Notes: generated by a model from the sequence alone, not told the origin. A stretch of DNA of 64,000 bases from Pseudomonadota bacterium (GCA_038134595.1 JAYPVM010000012.1:16332-80331), one strand, 5' to 3'; counted from the stretch's first letter, positions 9,435 through 18,537 are shown. Numbers and translations are program-made.

Positions 9435-10640
9435 TTAGCTTCTCTTATAGGCGTCTAAACCATGCTTTAACACGGTAAGAGCGCGCTTCATATCTTTTTC
9501 TTCTAAAACAAAGGCTATTCGCATCGTACGCTTGCCTATTTCTGGATGCATGTAGAATCCTCCTGCAGGGGCTACAAAAACAGTTTCTCCTTCGTAGGAG
9601 AAGTCTCGCAGCATAAAGATTGCAAATTCCTCTGCATCATCCACTGGCAAGTCGGCTAGAAGATAAAATCCTCCTTCCGGTGGATATGCTGTAACTCCAG
9701 GAATTTCATTGAGCATGGTAAGCGCTGCGTCTCTTCGTTTGGCATACTCTGAAACGGTTTGGGCCACATAGCTCGAATCAAGCGACCGGAGCATCTCTGC
9801 GGCGGCATCTTGCTCTATTGAGGGGGCGGCAAGACGCGCCTGAGCGATATGAAGTGCTGCCGCCATCACTTCCTTGTGCCAGGTAATCATACAACCTATG
9901 CGAGAGCCGCATAGGCTAAAGCGCTTCGACAGGCTATCTATGACGATGATATTTGGATCTTTGGGAGCTATCTGAAAGATTGTCTGAGGAACAAGTCCAT
10001 CAAAAATAATTTCTCGATATGTTTCATCAACTATCAGAAAGAGATTCTTCTCCCGGCATAAATCAAGGAGCATCTCTAGCTCTTCTCTCGATGCTACTGA
10101 ACCTGATGGATTGTTTGGATTGCAGAGCAAAACAGCTCTGGTATAGGGAGAGATAAACCGGTCTATCTCAGTTCGCTCTGGGAGTGCGCATTGATTGTCT
10201 AACGAGCATGGAAGTGGCACCAACCGAACGCCTGAAATGGCCGCAAAACCCATGTAGTTTGCGTATGTCGGGTCGAAGATAAGAATCTCATCCCCTGGAT
10301 CACTACACACCATAAAACTTAAGATAAGCGCCTCACTTGCTCCCATCGTAATGAGCATCTCTTGCGGCGAGACACCGAGTGCGTACTGTGAATTTATGTA
10401 CTCACTCCAGGCATGCAAGAGCTCGGTGCTTCCTTGTGAGGCTTCATATGCCACGATCTCTCGCTGTGTATTTCGTACTGCATCAAGAAACTGCTGCGGT
10501 GGAGCCAAATCAGGCTGGCCGATATTGAGTCGATAGACATGAACTCCCTTTTGCTTAGCGGCTTCAGCATGCGCCGAGAGCTTTCGGATCGGTGATGGCG
10601 GTGTCTTTTCTGCGCGGTGAGATATATCGAGATGCTTCAT
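9435..10640 (-). CDS. PLP-dependent aminotransferase class I/II (aspartate aminotransferase-like)
   Basis: LNIGQPD, CNPNNPSG, DETY, and SLSKRFSLCGSRIG containing the PLP lysine. Confidence 0.92.
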   Translation of the reverse strand: MKHLDISHRAEKTPPSPIRKLSAHAEAAKQKGVHVYRLNIGQPDLAPPQQFLDAVRNTQREIVAYEASQGSTELLHAWSEYINSQYALGVSPQEMLITMGASEALILSFMVCSDPGDEILIFDPTYANYMGFAAISGVRLVPLPCSLDNQCALPERTEIDRFISPYTRAVLLCNPNNPSGSVASREELEMLLDLCREKNLFLIVDETYREIIFDGLVPQTIFQIAPKDPNIIVIDSLSKRFSLCGSRIGCMITWHKEVMAAALHIAQARLAAPSIEQDAAAEMLRSLDSSYVAQTVSEYAKRRDAALTMLNEIPGVTAYPPEGGFYLLADLPVDDAEEFAIFMLRDFSYEGETVFVAPAGGFYMHPEIGKRTMRIAFVLEEKDMKRALTVLKHGLDAYKRS

Positions 10641-10745
10641 ACGGTTTGGATCAATATGCTAATGCTGCCAGTGTGGTGCACTAAGCATAATCCAAGGCTA
10701 AAATCAGAGAAAGTCGCTAATAGTCGTTATTTTCAAAAATTTAGT

Positions 10746-11285
10746 TCACGCTAGCACTTTAGCGATTGCCTTACGTACCCATCGAGAGCTTGGCCTAACC
10801 CACGAACGCCAGCGACCAACTAATCGACCCTCAGCATCAAGCAAAAATTTTTCAAAATTCCACCGAACTGGCCCCTGCAAGTCTTTGGGACCGTGTTGCG
10901 TAAGCTTTTGAAACAGAGGCTGAATGGCATCTCCGGTAACGGGAGCTTTGGGAAACAGTGGAAATGACACTCCGTGATTTATCCTGCAATACGACTCAAT
11001 TTCCTCGTCGCTTCCTGGTTCTTGTCCTAAAAAATCATTACTGGGAAACCCAAGAACAAGGAGCCCCCGAGGCGCGTACATCTCATAGAGCGCTTCTAGG
11101 TCATCGTACTGCTTGGTAAACCCACACTTTGATGCGGTATTGACGATAAGAAGGGGGCGTCCATGATAATCGCTCAGGTCTACCTCTTCGCCATCTTTGG
11201 TCTGAATCGAAAGAGGATACAACGACCCATTTTCATCACAAGAAACATCTGTTACCCCACCGTAGATAGAATGCCGCAATCCCAT
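10746..11285 (-). CDS. Glutathione peroxidase family protein (Cys-type)
   Basis: LIVNTASKCGFT, LGFPSNDF…QEPG, WNFEKFL. Start uncertain (ORF track gives 11315). Confidence 0.93.
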   Translation of the reverse strand: MGLRHSIYGGVTDVSCDENGSLYPLSIQTKDGEEVDLSDYHGRPLLIVNTASKCGFTKQYDDLEALYEMYAPRGLLVLGFPSNDFLGQEPGSDEEIESYCRINHGVSFPLFPKAPVTGDAIQPLFQKLTQHGPKDLQGPVRWNFEKFLLDAEGRLVGRWRSWVRPSSRWVRKAIAKVLA

Positions 11286-11430
11286 CGAAAAACTCCGTAT
11301 ACACTCGCCGCCCAAAGACTCTGTTATCTTTCAATCCTAGCATCTCACATATTCTCACACCAGATGAAGCTCATACGACAGGGCGTAACGTAAGGAGTAA
11401 GATTATAGTACTGGCAAAATCAAGAGTGCC

Positions 11431-14400
11431 TTATTGGATTATCTTTGATTTGGCTTTCGATGCTCGTAGGTCTACGCCCACACCTATCAGAAGCGCATGG
11501 AGCTTTCGCTTCACATTGGAGTCCTCAATAAACTTTGCCACATCGTCGAGCAAATTCGCATATCCTGGCTGATGGGCCCAGTAGGCGTTATAGGCACGGA
11601 CTAGGAGCCCTCTAAAGCGTACACCCTTTGACTCAACTACCGAGCATAATTTTCTCTCAGTTTCAATACCAAGGGGCGTGCCGTCTTTGGCACGTTTTAT
11701 AATATCAAAAAGTTCTTCTGCCGTTTGGCATACTTCAGCTCCAAAGAGCCTGTGGGTTAACCGCAACATAATGTCAGAATTAAATTTCTTTGCCCAAGCT
11801 ACCTTCATCAGGTCTTCATCAAAATTACGATGATAGGCAAGAAGCACCTGATAGTTCATTTCATCCATCCAGTTTACATCCTCTGGAATCCTTGGATTAG
11901 GGTGCTGTTTTGTCGAAGGCTCAAAGATTGCTAAAACCTCCTCTTCCAGCTTTTCGGATGTCGTAGAGAGTAATTCATGTAATTCCTCTGCCACATCGTG
12001 CGCAGAGTAGCCATCTAAATGCAAAAGCACCTCGTTTATTGGCTCTAAGTCGACCTTCATCTCCTTGATTGTTCGTCGGAGGCCGACCTCAGGATTAAGT
12101 AAATCAAAGACTTGTTCGATAGTCCGCTGGTCGTGCTGGTAGTCGCGTAAAAGACTTATGACCATTTCGATATCAACTGCATCAAAGTACTGCAATAGCT
12201 GTGATGTCACCTCGGGAGCAACCCCCTCTAAGTGACATATCAACTCGGCAAAAACAGGGGGCGTTATCTCCATACGAGCCGCCCCAAACTTTAAATGAAG
12301 ACGTAATCGCGGAAATGCCAGATCGAAGCCACGTTCAAACCCTAGTGCACGGAGAGATGACTGCGACACCTGTTCTCGGAGCGGCTCTATATCATCAGGG
12401 GTCATGCGACTGCCTTCTCGCAGGCACTTTCTACACGCATAAATCTCTGGCAGTAATGCTACAGAGATATTCTCTAAGAATAAATCCTCGGCATTAGCAC
12501 TACTAAATTGCTCGAGCAGAAAATTACTAAGCGATACGAAATGGGCCTTCTCAAAACCTGCACTAATGGTAGCCAGTAGCGAGGGTGGAAAGTTCGCAAA
12601 TTCTGATACTGCTGTTGGTTGCGAGTAAATTCGCTCGACAACATTTGGAAGATCTACTCCGGCAAACAGAAGCTCTACACTTAGAAAGGCTTCAGATGTC
12701 ATACAACTTTGAAGGGCATCTCGAAGCGCCATTGGCGGGTCGGTCAAATCAAAAAATGCGCGCTCTATTCGATGGAGCTCATCAACTTCCTTAGCCGCCA
12801 AAAAATCATAGATGGCTTTGTCTTTGTCTCCCACGGCACCTTCGTAGTCTAAAATCCCTGCAAGAGTCATAGCCTCGCGCTCATCGACCTCTGTGCTTGT
12901 ATACGAATAGTGCCATACCGTGTTGGCAGGTTCATCTCCTCGATAGCGGGCTAGGATATCTACATGGACCGGAATTCTTCCCTCGCCGTGAAGGTAGCGC
13001 CCTATAACAGAAGCTCTCGTATGTGCTTCGTGGGATGCTTGCTTCTCGGCAAAGCTTAGATTCAGATCATCCTCAAGCCGTCGTGAGAAAAGCACCTCAT
13101 ACGCCTTTTGAACCAAGAGGCATACCGAAGGTGGGGCATACTGTATGGGTGCTAAAACCTCGATAATATCACTCGAGCACGAAATTCTTTCAGCAATTAC
13201 CTGGGCCATTAGGCGTGGCTCTAAAATTCCTAGGGAGGGAAACAGCAAAGGGTCGAGTTCGTATCCGTACGAGTCATACAGTGCTTGATTGGTGTCGAGA
13301 AACCGTTCGGGAGTAAGTGCGGCAATTCGCTCTGAGATTAACTCATAGGCGTTGTATACTCGATGTTGCACCGAGTCTTTTCCCCGCCACATTCGACTTT
13401 TGCCAAATCTTCTTAGGTATCCACCGATTCCTTGCGTGTAGTCCCGGTCTGCCGTATCAACGGGATCGCTTAAGAAATCCTCTATTCCAGGTTTTACGGT
13501 ATTGGGATACAGAAGCGCATGAATCTCTATCGCTTCTTGTTGCGGCGACCATCCATCAAGAAGAGAGCCTAGCCTATCGATCTGTATAGGCTTAAACCTT
13601 CTTTGCAGATGGGCAAAGAGTCCTATCTCTGATTCATCCTGTTCAAGTTTTCCAAAATCACAGTAAAAACGTCTTACGAGGTTCATTTCCTGAGCACTTC
13701 GCCCCAAAAATAGATATTTTAGAGCTCGCGAGTCGTCTCGAACACGAAACGCCTCGAGTTTTTTCTTCTTTCCGACCTCTCCGCCGCCGATACTCCGTCG
13801 AGCAGGCGCTTGCAGGTCTGGCTCTTCCTTTGGGTTTAGAATTGCATGGGCTTGCCGTGCCAGCTCCTTGTACGGTAGAAGAAAAAACTCTTCTCTCACA
13901 GCAGACAACTGCCTTTCTGTAAGCGTTAAGAGGATGTCAGTGATGCGAGTTTCCTTGTCAGCGTGCGAGCCGTAGTAGAGCTCCCATAGGTCTTGCGCCA
14001 AACTTTCAACGTCAAGACCCTCTGCGATTCTTGTGATTACATCCGACTGCTCATGACCCACCCGCTTTATGATTTGATGACTAATTTCAGGCCGCTCTCC
14101 CCTATCTCGTATGAGCGTGTAGTAATGCTCGGTAAAAAACTCATTTGCCTTATCAAGGATCATACGAGCTTCTTTGGGAGATTTGTCACCGACTACGACA
14201 TTAATTGCACTCAAATACAGGTCAACTTCTCCCTCTCGTTGGCGCTGGGCGAGCTGGTATATTTGATGCGCAAGTGCTTCGGCACGTTCTTCATGCTCAA
14301 GCTCTTGTGCATTAAACTCCTTTGGGGTTAGTCGTGGAGGCACCTCTGGGGTAGCAGCGATGTTCTGGGCTAGTGCTTCTAGTTTCTCAATTCCACCAAG

Positions 14401-14589
14401 GTGTCCAATCGTGCGGTAGAATTGGTCAAACACCTCTCCCTCAGAGAGAAGCTTCTTGCGAGCTGCTTCCTCTTCTCGCTCTTGTTGCTCGACTACCTCC
14501 TCTGACAAGATAGGCTCGTCAGATTCTTTGGGGGCTAGCACGCCTCGGCGAAATACGATCTTTTTTTCTTTATCGTTAGAATGAGTCAT
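11431..14589 (-). CDS. Large acidic alpha-helical protein with multiple degenerate annexin-like repeats
   Basis: 1052 aa, no signal peptide or TM segment. Repeated pattern of A..L/I..(loop)..I..IL..R/KS..EL..I..AY/F…L..DL, for example SLAQDLWELYYGSHADKETRITDILLTLTERQLSAVREEF and DKDKAIYDFLAAKEVDELHRIERAFFDL. The CDS is certain; the fold call is by eye. Confidence 0.6.
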   Translation of the reverse strand: MTHSNDKEKKIVFRRGVLAPKESDEPILSEEVVEQQEREEEAARKKLLSEGEVFDQFYRTIGHLGGIEKLEALAQNIAATPEVPPRLTPKEFNAQELEHEERAEALAHQIYQLAQRQREGEVDLYLSAINVVVGDKSPKEARMILDKANEFFTEHYYTLIRDRGERPEISHQIIKRVGHEQSDVITRIAEGLDVESLAQDLWELYYGSHADKETRITDILLTLTERQLSAVREEFFLLPYKELARQAHAILNPKEEPDLQAPARRSIGGGEVGKKKKLEAFRVRDDSRALKYLFLGRSAQEMNLVRRFYCDFGKLEQDESEIGLFAHLQRRFKPIQIDRLGSLLDGWSPQQEAIEIHALLYPNTVKPGIEDFLSDPVDTADRDYTQGIGGYLRRFGKSRMWRGKDSVQHRVYNAYELISERIAALTPERFLDTNQALYDSYGYELDPLLFPSLGILEPRLMAQVIAERISCSSDIIEVLAPIQYAPPSVCLLVQKAYEVLFSRRLEDDLNLSFAEKQASHEAHTRASVIGRYLHGEGRIPVHVDILARYRGDEPANTVWHYSYTSTEVDEREAMTLAGILDYEGAVGDKDKAIYDFLAAKEVDELHRIERAFFDLTDPPMALRDALQSCMTSEAFLSVELLFAGVDLPNVVERIYSQPTAVSEFANFPPSLLATISAGFEKAHFVSLSNFLLEQFSSANAEDLFLENISVALLPEIYACRKCLREGSRMTPDDIEPLREQVSQSSLRALGFERGFDLAFPRLRLHLKFGAARMEITPPVFAELICHLEGVAPEVTSQLLQYFDAVDIEMVISLLRDYQHDQRTIEQVFDLLNPEVGLRRTIKEMKVDLEPINEVLLHLDGYSAHDVAEELHELLSTTSEKLEEEVLAIFEPSTKQHPNPRIPEDVNWMDEMNYQVLLAYHRNFDEDLMKVAWAKKFNSDIMLRLTHRLFGAEVCQTAEELFDIIKRAKDGTPLGIETERKLCSVVESKGVRFRGLLVRAYNAYWAHQPGYANLLDDVAKFIEDSNVKRKLHALLIGVGVDLRASKAKSKIIQ

Positions 14590-14642
14590 TGATTACTGAA
14601 ATCCCCTGACGATGAGAAGGGCTTGTCACGGGTACAGCGCTT

Positions 14643-16814
14643 CTATGCATACTCCATCTCAAGCCATGCTCTTTCTCTACGGTCTCTATCGGGGTCTTCC
14701 ACAATATCCTGAAGGATTATGCGCCCTAACCTGGCATAAATTACATCCTGTGAGGCGTTCTTGCCGTCCATATAGAGTGGGTCGAGGAAATCAGGATGAA
14801 ATCGAAGCATATGGTTCATAACTGCCCTATCGTGCTCGGATTTTGCAATCATTGCCCACACGTTCTTTCCTATCCAACCGAAGTCTTTGGTGCCCCAGCT
14901 TAATAACTTTTGAACGTAGTGGCCAATAGCTACGAGTTCCTCTGGCGCTGGTGGTCGCTCAAATTGATACGAGCCTTGGCTGTTTCTCATTCTGTCTGCG
15001 ACCCATACTAGGTTATTAACAAGCTGTGGCGCACACTGTTTCGAGAGCACTCGACGCTCCAATGTCGAATCAAGGTATGACATCTTCATTGGATGCACAC
15101 GTCGAAGGAATGCATCATCAAGTGTTCTGTTAAAGTTCTTTGTAAAGATGATAAGAAGGTTATCAATATTACAATCAATCGGGGGCCGAGACTCTAGCCA
15201 GATTCGCCCATCTTGTACGGGACCAAGGAAGAACGTGTCGATATGCCCCTCTACTTTATCGATCTCATCGATAAGAAGAATCACTGGCTGGCTCTGAGAC
15301 TTTAAGAACGCTCTGGAGAGAATCCCTAAGTTCATTAGTTTCTCTTTGCTGGTATTTTCTTGTCCCGCCATAGAGGACGCAATAGCCAATGAAGATGGTA
15401 CTTCGATAAGATGCGATGTATCCATGCCGTGGTAACAACTTAGACACATAAACTCTGCGCCTGTTATCTTCGCTAGCGACTTCGCCAAAAAACTCTTTCC
15501 GCAACCCGAAGGGCCTTCTAGAAGAATAGCGCGGGTTCTATCAGATGGAGAGGTCAGAAGAAGTGTCATTTGTGTTGCGGTAAAGCGTGCACACTGGTAT
15601 CCCACTGCGGCTAATCGTCTCGCCATCTCTTCTGGATCATCAAATTGTGTGAGACCAACTTTCTCTGGTTTGTAGGCCTTACCTCGCCTCTTAGCATCCG
15701 GGTCTTCTACAATACCCTCAAGCAACCATCGTCCAAGCCGGGCATAGATCTGCTCAAGTGTGGCATTTCGATTGTCGGGGACAAGCGGGTCTGCAAACAT
15801 CGGATGATACCGCATCATTTGCTCAAAAATCGTTCTGTCATGCTCTGATTTTGCAAGCATGTAGAAGAGATTTTTTCCGATAAATGCGTAATCGATTAGG
15901 TCCCAGGTAAGTAAGTGTTTTAGATAGTGCGCCGCTTTTAACAGCTCTTCTGGAGCAGGAGGCCTGTCAAACGGATAGCTTCCGTCTGAAGCCCGCATGA
16001 TATCTGCAACACGAATCAGATTCTGCGCTAAGATATCAGAACAGTGCGGAGCTAGTACTCGACGCTCAAGGCTTGAGTCCATAAAGCTCATCTTCAAAGG
16101 GTGTACACGTCGAAGGAGTGCTTCGTTTATGGGTCGCTCAAAGTTCTTGGTGAAAATGATTAAAAGGTTATCGAGATTTGCATCGATAGGTGGCTGTGAT
16201 TCTGGCCAGATTCGAGCATCTTGAATTGGTCCTAAAAAGAACGTATCGATTGCAACATCGACTTTATCAATCTCATCGATTAATAGAATTACTGGCTTTT
16301 CTTGAGATGTTTTAAACGCCCTTGAGATAGGCCCCAATGTCATAAGGTCATCTACATTAGCCGCTTCCTTCCCTGCCATGGCATTTACCATGCCCAACGT
16401 CGATGGCATCTCAATTAAGTGCTGAAGGTTCATTCCTTTGAAACATTGGATGCACATCAGCTCTGCGCCAGAGATCTTGGCGAGTGATTTTGCCATAAAG
16501 CTCTTACCACAACCCGATGGGCCTTCAAGAAGAATGCATTTTACACTGTTGATTTTTGTATTGAGCAAAAGAGACATCTGCACCGCGTAAAACGGCAAGC
16601 AGTGATACCCAACGTCTGCTAGCTTCATCTCAAGTTGTTCGGGGTTTCCTACTTTAGAGAATCCTATGTGCTCTGGCGTGTAGGTTGAATGAAAGTTTGG
16701 GTTTACCATTCCCAATTCACTGCCATCAGTTTTCGGCACATAGCCTTGCGCGCCATCTCTGTTTCGAAATGTTATCTTCTTACGAGCTGTTGCGGCAGTA
16801 TCCTCGTTTGTCAT
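14643..16814 (-). CDS. Tandem (double) AAA+ ATPase, MoxR/CoxD-like
   Basis: Two modules 1008 nt apart, each with Walker A GPSGCGKS, Walker B LLIDEIDK, sensor-1 FTKN and arginine finger (A)LRR. Likely ATG 16814 with GAGG RBS; the ORF track starts at 16844. Confidence 0.88.
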   Translation of the reverse strand: MTNEDTAATARKKITFRNRDGAQGYVPKTDGSELGMVNPNFHSTYTPEHIGFSKVGNPEQLEMKLADVGYHCLPFYAVQMSLLLNTKINSVKCILLEGPSGCGKSFMAKSLAKISGAELMCIQCFKGMNLQHLIEMPSTLGMVNAMAGKEAANVDDLMTLGPISRAFKTSQEKPVILLIDEIDKVDVAIDTFFLGPIQDARIWPESQPPIDANLDNLLIIFTKNFERPINEALLRRVHPLKMSFMDSSLERRVLAPHCSDILAQNLIRVADIMRASDGSYPFDRPPAPEELLKAAHYLKHLLTWDLIDYAFIGKNLFYMLAKSEHDRTIFEQMMRYHPMFADPLVPDNRNATLEQIYARLGRWLLEGIVEDPDAKRRGKAYKPEKVGLTQFDDPEEMARRLAAVGYQCARFTATQMTLLLTSPSDRTRAILLEGPSGCGKSFLAKSLAKITGAEFMCLSCYHGMDTSHLIEVPSSLAIASSMAGQENTSKEKLMNLGILSRAFLKSQSQPVILLIDEIDKVEGHIDTFFLGPVQDGRIWLESRPPIDCNIDNLLIIFTKNFNRTLDDAFLRRVHPMKMSYLDSTLERRVLSKQCAPQLVNNLVWVADRMRNSQGSYQFERPPAPEELVAIGHYVQKLLSWGTKDFGWIGKNVWAMIAKSEHDRAVMNHMLRFHPDFLDPLYMDGKNASQDVIYARLGRIILQDIVEDPDRDRRERAWLEMEYA

Positions 16815-17214
16815 AGAAAACCTCTGTCTGGTGCGCCTATTCAAAAAAACCCCTTTATTCTTCCAACACTAGAATGCGGGGCAAATCAGCATCGAGCATA
16901 GTCTCTTTAACTATTTCGACCTGTAGTTTTTAGTCTGCAGGAGGGATCGATATGCTTCAGGTTATTCTGGAGATGTTGTTGGCACTGTGGTGTTTTCTCC
17001 TTCTAAAGAGCCGCTAAATACCTGAAAATAGGTGCAATGCCTATCCTAAACAGTAAAAGCGCTCCGAGACGTTGAGCATTTTGCAGAATGAGCCGTACAT
17101 GCACTTTGCAGGGAGATGCGCGTAAGGGTACTCGTACAGAGCGCCCGTCAGATATCGCTCTGCGACTGCGAAAGCAAAAGAATTGCTAATGGATTAGTAG
17201 TTTGGTGTAACAAG

Positions 17215-18081
17215 ATGTTAGTCTCAATTGCTTCAAATATTCTCGCTCTGCGCCTAGCGCGCACCCTCAACTCAACCGCAAATCAGCTAGGCGTCTCTGC
17301 ACAACGTCTTTCATCTGGCTCCAGAATAACGAAGTCTGCAGATGACCCGGCAGGTTCCTCGCTGGCTAAATCTCTCCAAAATGATAGTCGATTAATGATT
17401 ACCGCAATTCGTAATGCAAACGATGCGCTTTCTGTAACCAATATTGCTGATGCGGGATTAGCCGAGATATCTAACATCATCTCTCGGATGTCAGAGCTTG
17501 CTCTTCAGAGCTCAAATGGCTCGTATACGAACGTGCAACGCTCTGCGCTGCAACTAGAATTTACTGCGCTTGGCTCTGAAATTGACAGAATCTCTCAAAG
17601 TGTCGAATTTAACAAAATACCCCTACTTTCAAATAGCAGTGCTTTTGTAGCCCAAGTGGGAATCGACGGAAGCGCAAATTCGCAGATAGTGATCGACTCG
17701 GTGCTAGCGACCACATCTTTTTTGGCGATTGGAACAGGCGCATCGCTTACATATTCTCTGACAGGGGCAACTACACTCGAGGCCATATCTGCATCGAGAC
17801 TGGCCTACTCCGCTTTAGATACGGCGGCAGATTCGATTAATCTGCAACAGGGTATTGTGGGTGCGGTTGCAGGGCGACTCTCATCTGCGATTAACTTTCT
17901 CTCAGTTACCAGAGAGAATATTCTCGCCGCTGAAGCTCAGATAAGTGATGTCAACCTCGCAGAAGAATTTGCAAATTTCACCCGACTCTCGGTTTTACAA
18001 AACATCCAAGTCTCACTATCCGCGCAAGCAAATCAACAGCCGGCATTGGTGGCAAATTTATTAACAGATGCAACTAAGTGA
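17215..18081 (+). CDS. Flagellin family protein (minimal, about 288 aa)
   Basis: QRLSSGSRITKSADDPAG, AIRNANDALS, N-terminal D0/D1 pattern, and C-terminal AAEAQISDVNLAEEFANFTR…AQANQQP. Likely ATG 17215. Confidence 0.9.
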   Translation: MLVSIASNILALRLARTLNSTANQLGVSAQRLSSGSRITKSADDPAGSSLAKSLQNDSRLMITAIRNANDALSVTNIADAGLAEISNIISRMSELALQSSNGSYTNVQRSALQLEFTALGSEIDRISQSVEFNKIPLLSNSSAFVAQVGIDGSANSQIVIDSVLATTSFLAIGTGASLTYSLTGATTLEAISASRLAYSALDTAADSINLQQGIVGAVAGRLSSAINFLSVTRENILAAEAQISDVNLAEEFANFTRLSVLQNIQVSLSAQANQQPALVANLLTDATK

Positions 18082-18201
18082 ATATACATTGAGATAAAGA
18101 GCGATAAAATGAGGAAAGCTCCGTATAATAGCGCACACAAAAGCACATATCGTGCATACTATTATCAGAACTCCTCCTTGGATAGCATTGAGCAATAGAC
18201 T

Positions 18202-18537
18202 ATGAAATCACAACGCAATGCAAAGCATCAATACCGCTCGAAACGCTCTCAACGTGGCGAGGCTGAAATGGCGATCTTTGCCATTGTTGTTCTAATTGCA
18301 GGGCTCATATCTGGGACCTTCTGGATTTTACAATGGGTCAAAGAAAATAAGTATTCAGAGCGAGAGGCGCGTAAACTCGAGTTCCTTCGCCAGATGAAAA
18401 TGAGCCAATATGCCAACAGACGCGATCCAGCGGAGTATTTAGCACGGTGCGAAAAACCGGTCTGGGCGCTACTTCAAACCAAATATGAATGCACAGTTCT
18501 TCCTGAGTCGTACGGAGAACTGTGGCTCCATCCTTAG
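18202..18537 (+). CDS. Small single-TM protein with prepilin/TadE-like basic leader
   Basis: Basic leader RSKRSQRG followed by hydrophobic MAIFAIVVLIAGLISGTFWIL; C-terminal Cys pair. Confidence 0.55.
   Translation: MKSQRNAKHQYRSKRSQRGEAEMAIFAIVVLIAGLISGTFWILQWVKENKYSEREARKLEFLRQMKMSQYANRRDPAEYLARCEKPVWALLQTKYECTVLPESYGELWLHP

Noticed and set aside
10746..11315. Possible selenocysteine in the glutathione peroxidase
   Set aside because: The active site is an ordinary Cys (ASKCGFT) with no in-frame TGA.
16980..16996. TGGCAC upstream of the flagellin as a sigma54 promoter
   Set aside because: The -24 half matches but there is no TTGC/GC at the required -12 spacing.
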